Source: Eledone cirrhosa (Eukaryota). From it: a stretch of 64,000 bases of DNA. Location of the stretch: the NCBI GenBank assembly GCA_964016885.1, contig OZ024760.1, positions 23,498,001 through 23,562,000 on the forward strand. Direction: 5' to 3'. Positions 58,512-64,000 of this stretch are shown piece by piece; position 1 is the first letter of the stretch, and the number at the start of each line of letters is the position of its first letter. The translations under genes were made by a program, and so were the position numbers. The notes beneath the pieces were generated by a model. That model saw nothing but the letters and a program-made list of their open reading frames with translations, searched no databases and had not been told where the DNA came from.

Positions 58512-58879
58512 TGTGTATATACATATATATATATGTGTGTGTGTGTACAGGTATTGTATTTCTAAACACAAAAGTATGAGTATGCTGATGTCCATATATA
58601 TATAAGTCTGTATATATATATATATATATATACGTATATAAATATACAAATATATACATATATATACATAGGTATTACATTATATATGCATACGTATATA
58701 CATACATATATATACATACGTGTATATATGCATGTATATATATATATCTGTGTTTATATATACGTATATAAATATACATATATATATACATAGGTATTAC
58801 ATTATATATGCATACGTATATACATACATATATATATACATACGTATATATATGCATATATACATACGTATATATATGC

Positions 58880-58914
<35 letters not shown>

Positions 58915-59089
58915 CATATAATGTATATCTATGTATATATATACATATAATGTATATATATATACATATATATATGTATATATGCATATACATTCACACT
59001 CACACACACACACGATCCTGTCAAACGGCCAAGTTAAAAGGTTTTTCGCAATGCGACAAACACTATTTTAATTGATTATGATGCTGATG

Positions 59090-62000
59090 ATGATCACCAC
59101 CAACTCCACCATCGCCACCAACTCCACCAACGCCACCAACTCCACCAACGCCACCAACTCCACCAACGCCACCAACACCACCAACGCCACCAACTCCACC
59201 AAAGCCACCAACACCATCAACAATAAGACCGTCAACATCACCACCAACATCAACACCATCACAAGCACTACCCCCACCTCCACCAACAATACCACCAACA
59301 TCAACACCATCACCACCATCACCAACAATAACACCACTTCCACCACCAATATTAAGACCAACACCACCACCAACACAGACATTAACACCAACACCACCAC
59401 CAACATTAAGACCAACACCACCACCAACATTAAGACCAACACCACCACCAACACCAACATTAACACCAACACCACCACCAACACAGACATTAACACCAAC
59501 ACCACCACCAACATTAAGACCAACACCACCACCAACATTAAGACCAACACCACCACCAACACCAACATTAACACCAACACCACCACCAACACCAACATTA
59601 ACACCACCACCACCACCAACATTAAGACCAACACCACCACCAACACCAACATTAACACCAACACCACCACCAACACCAACATTAACACCAACACCACCAC
59701 CAACATTAAGACCAACACCACCACCAACACCAACATTAAGACCACCACCACCACCAACACCAACATTAACACCACCACCAACACCAACATTAAGACCAAC
59801 ACCACCACCAACACCAACATTAAGACCAACACCACCACCAACACCAACATTAACACCACCACCACCACCAACATTAAGACCAACACCACCACCAACACCA
59901 ACATTAAGACCAACACCACCACCAACACCAACATTAACACCACCACCACCACCAACATTAAGACCAACACCACCACCAACACCAACATTAACACCACCAC
60001 CACCACCAACATTAAGACCAACACCACTACCAACACCAACATTAAGACCAACACCACCACCAACACCAACATTAACACCACCACCACCACCAACATTAAG
60101 ACCAACACCACCACCAACACCAACATTAACACCAACACCACCACCAACACCAACATTAACACCACCACCAACATTAAGACCAACACCACCACCAACACCA
60201 ACACCAACACCACCACCAACATTAACACCAACACCAACACCACCACCAACACCAACATTAACACCACCACCAACACCACCACCACCAACACCAACACCAA
60301 CATTAACACCACCACCACCACCAACATTAAGACCAACACCACCACCAACACCAACACCACCACCAACACCAACATTAACACCACCACCAACACCACCAAC
60401 ACCACCACCAACACCAACATTAACACCAACACCAACACCACCACCAACACCAACATTAACACCACCACCAACACCACCACCACCACCACCAACATTAAGA
60501 CCAACACCAACACCACCACCAACATTAACACCAACACCAACACCACCACCAACACCAACATTAACACCACCACCAACACCACCACCACCACCACCAACAC
60601 CAACATTAACACCACCACCACCACCAACATTAAGACCAACACCACCACCAACACCAACATTAACACCACCACCAACATTAAGACCAACACCACCACCAAC
60701 ACCAACACCAACACCACCACCAACATTAACACCAACACCAACACCACCACCAACACCAACATTAACACCACCACCAACACCACCAACACCACCACCAACA
60801 CCAACATTAACACCAACACCACCATCACCAACACCACCACCAACACCAACATTAACACCACCACCAACACCACCAACACCACCAACACCAACATTAACAC
60901 CAACACCACCATCACCAACACCACCACCAACACCACCATTAACACCAACACCAACACCACCACCAACACCACCATCACCACCACCAACACCAACACCACC
61001 ATCACCACCAACACCAACACCAACATTAACACCAACACCACCATCACCACCAACACCACCATCACCACCACCAACACCAACACCAACACCAACAGTAACA
61101 CCAACACCAACACCACCACCAACACCACCATCACCACCACCAACACCAACACCACCATCACCACCAACACCAACACCAACATTAACACCAACACCACCAT
61201 CACCACCAACACCACCATCACCACCACCAACACCAACACCAACACCAACAGTAACACCAACACCACCATCACCACCAACACCACCATCACCACCACCAAC
61301 ACCAACACCGCCACCACCAGTAACACCAACACCACCATCACCACCAACACCACCATCACCACCATCACCACCAACACCACCACCAACATTAACACCAACA
61401 CCAACACCACCACCAACACCAACATTAACACCAACACCACCATCACCAACACCACCACCAACACCACCATTAACACCAACACCAACACCACCACCAACAC
61501 CACCATCACCACCACCAACACCAACACCACCATCACCACCAACACCAACACCAACATTAACACCAACACCACCATCACCACCAACACCACCATCACCACC
61601 ACCAACACCAACACCACCATCACCACCAACACCAACACCAACAGTAACACCAACACCACCATCACCACCAACACCAACACCAACAGTAACACCAACACCA
61701 CCATCACCACCATCAACACCATCACCACCATCACCACCATCACCACCAACATTAACACCGCCACCAACACCAACACCAACACCACCATCACCATCAACAC
61801 CAAACCAACACCACCATCACCACCAACACCACCAACTCCACCACCACCACCAACACCACCAACTCCAACACCAACACCACCATCACCACCATCACCACCA
61901 ACACCACCATCACCACCAACTCCACCACCACCAACACCACTAACACCAACACCACCACCACCACCAACACCAACACCACCAACATTAACACCAACACAAC

Positions 62001-62760
62001 CACCAACACCACCACCAACACCAGTAACACCAACACCACCACCACCATCAACACCAACACCACCATCAACACCATCACCACCACCAACACCAACACAACA
62101 CCACTAACACTAACACCAATATTAACACCAACACCACCATCACCACCATCACCACCAGCACTAACACCACCACCAACACCACCATCACCACCAAAAACAC
62201 CAACACCAACACCACCACCAACACCACTAACACCAACACCAACACCACCATCAACACCAACACCACCATCACCACCAACACCACCACCAACACCAACACA
62301 ACACCACTAACACCAACACCACCACCACCACTAACACCAACACCAACATTAACACCAACACCACCATCACCACCAACACCACCAGTAACACCACCAACAT
62401 TAACACCACCATCACCACCAGCACTAACACCACCACCAACACCACCATCACCACCAACAACACCAACACCAACACCACCACCAACACCACTAACACCAAC
62501 ACCAACACCACCATCAACACCAACACCACCATCACCACCAACACCACCACCAACATCAACACCACCACCACCACCACCAACATCACCACCAACACCACCA
62601 GCAACACCAACACCAACACCACCATCACCACCAACACCAACACCACCAACGCACCACTAACACCAACACCACCACCACCACTAACACCAACACCAACACC
62701 AACATTAACAGCAACACCACCAACATTAGCACCATCACCACTAACACCACCAACACCCTC
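59090..62760. repeat. 3.7-kb complex trinucleotide (ACC/AAC/ATT) repeat
   Basis: Yields low-complexity T/N/I and V/L/M ORFs on both strands. Confidence 0.9.
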
Positions 62761-62966
62761 ATTGCAATCATCACCAGCATTATAACGATCAAGTTAACAT
62801 TCATCAACGTCTTAACAATCATTATATTAACCATCCGTGTCCGACCCTCTACCAATTGGTGGTGGTGTTGCTAGTGGTGTTGGTGTTGGTGTTGTTGGTG
62901 GTGGTGTTGGTGGTTGTGTTGGTGGTGGTGGTGATGGTGACGGTGTTGGTAGCGGTGTTGGTGTTG

Positions 62967-63150
62967 ATGGCAGTATTGGTAGAGGGTCGGACGCCATGCG
63001 TTGACGTATAGAGTTACGGCCCTTGCCATTCTGAGTTCAAATCCCGCCGAGGATAACTTCGCCTTTCTTCCTTACGGGGGTCGATAAAATAAAGTACCAG
63101 TAATACATTGGATAATTGCTGGCCTTGTGCCAACAGTAGAAACAATTATT
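62967..63150 (+). mobile_element. tRNA-derived SINE
   Basis: tggcagtattggtagagggtcggacgcc..gagttcaaatcccgccgagg.. Confidence 0.85.
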
Positions 63151-63160
63151 AAAAACTCTG

Positions 63161-63715
63161 TAGGTTAACTTTGCCTTTCATCCTTACGAGGTCAATAAAA
63201 TAAAGTACCAGTAATACACTGGTTAATTGTTGGCCGTGTTGCAAAAGTATAAACAATTATTAAAAACTCTGTAGGTTAACTTTGCCTTTCATCCTTACGA
63301 GGTCAATAAAATAAAGTACCAGTAATACACTGGTTAATTGTTGGCCGTGTGCCAAAAGTATAAACAATTATTAAAAACTCTGTAGGTTAACTTTGCCTTT
63401 CATCCTTACGAGGTCAATAAAATAAAGTACCAGTAATACACTGGTTAATTGTTGGCCGTGTGCCAAAAGTATAAACAATTATTAAAAACTCTGTAGGTTA
63501 ACTTTGCCTTTCATCCTTACGAGGTCAATAAAATAAAGTACCAGTAATACACTGGTTAATTGTTGGCCGTGTGCCAAAAGTATAAACAATTATTAAAAAC
63601 TCTGTAGGTTAACTTTGCCTTTCATCCTTACGAGGTCAATAAAATAAAGTACCAGTAATACACTGGTTAATTGTTGGCCGTGTGCCAAAAGTATAAACAA
63701 TTATTAAAAACTCTG
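63161..63715 (+). repeat. Five tandem 111-bp copies of the SINE 3' half plus a short flank
   Basis: Unit starts at 63161, 63272, 63383, 63494 and 63605. Confidence 0.95.
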
Positions 63716-63825
63716 TAACGCAGTTATAATGAATTTGCTAAAGACCTGAAAGTCTTTGTGTAGCCACTCTCTATCTTGGTCGTGTTTTTATCTTGTACTG
63801 TATATATAAATATATATATATGTGG

Positions 63826-63859
<34 letters not shown>

Positions 63860-64000
63860 GTCGGGTCACTCTTGAGTGCTACTGGTAACATGTAACCCAT
63901 TACAACCTGTCGCATGGTCGGGTCGTGGGCGACTAAACCGGCAACCCTACCAAGTTTAATCGGTGAGGAGGAGTGATTTTGGACACCATGCCCCGGACAA
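63860..64000 (+). mobile_element. Second copy of the 11770-11964 element (runs off the window end)
   Basis: Sequence similarity to the reverse complement of 11825-11964. Confidence 0.6.

Overview
Repeat-saturated, very AT-rich animal (metazoan) genomic DNA. The SINE sequences resemble those I recall from octopod cephalopods, but that assignment is an inference. No host protein-coding gene is recognisable: nearly all listed ORFs are translations of (TA)n, (CA)n, (GA)n or (ACC/AAC)n microsatellites. Recognisable elements are a 5'-truncated, decayed Penelope-like retroelement (PLE; RT thumb plus C-terminal GIY-YIG, 8137-10040, minus), an internally deleted RTE-type LINE, a probable L1/Tx1 3' fragment, many tRNA-derived SINEs, and Mariner- and piggyBac-like MITEs. 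The standout feature is a 5.8-kb array of near-identical 310-bp monomers (13271-19056). Each monomer carries a minimal type I hammerhead ribozyme (HHR), so the array is retrozyme-like. It flips orientation at 17729/17731, only 3 nt from the predicted self-cleavage site. The same layout ((TA)n - inverted arm - direct arm plus unique tail - (TA)n) recurs in several families of short HHR-bearing palindromic inserts across the window, and one of these families matches the 3' end of the PLE. Together this suggests a PLE-driven, microsatellite-targeted, twin-primed ribozyme-retroelement system. All structures were read by eye; no folding or database searches were run.
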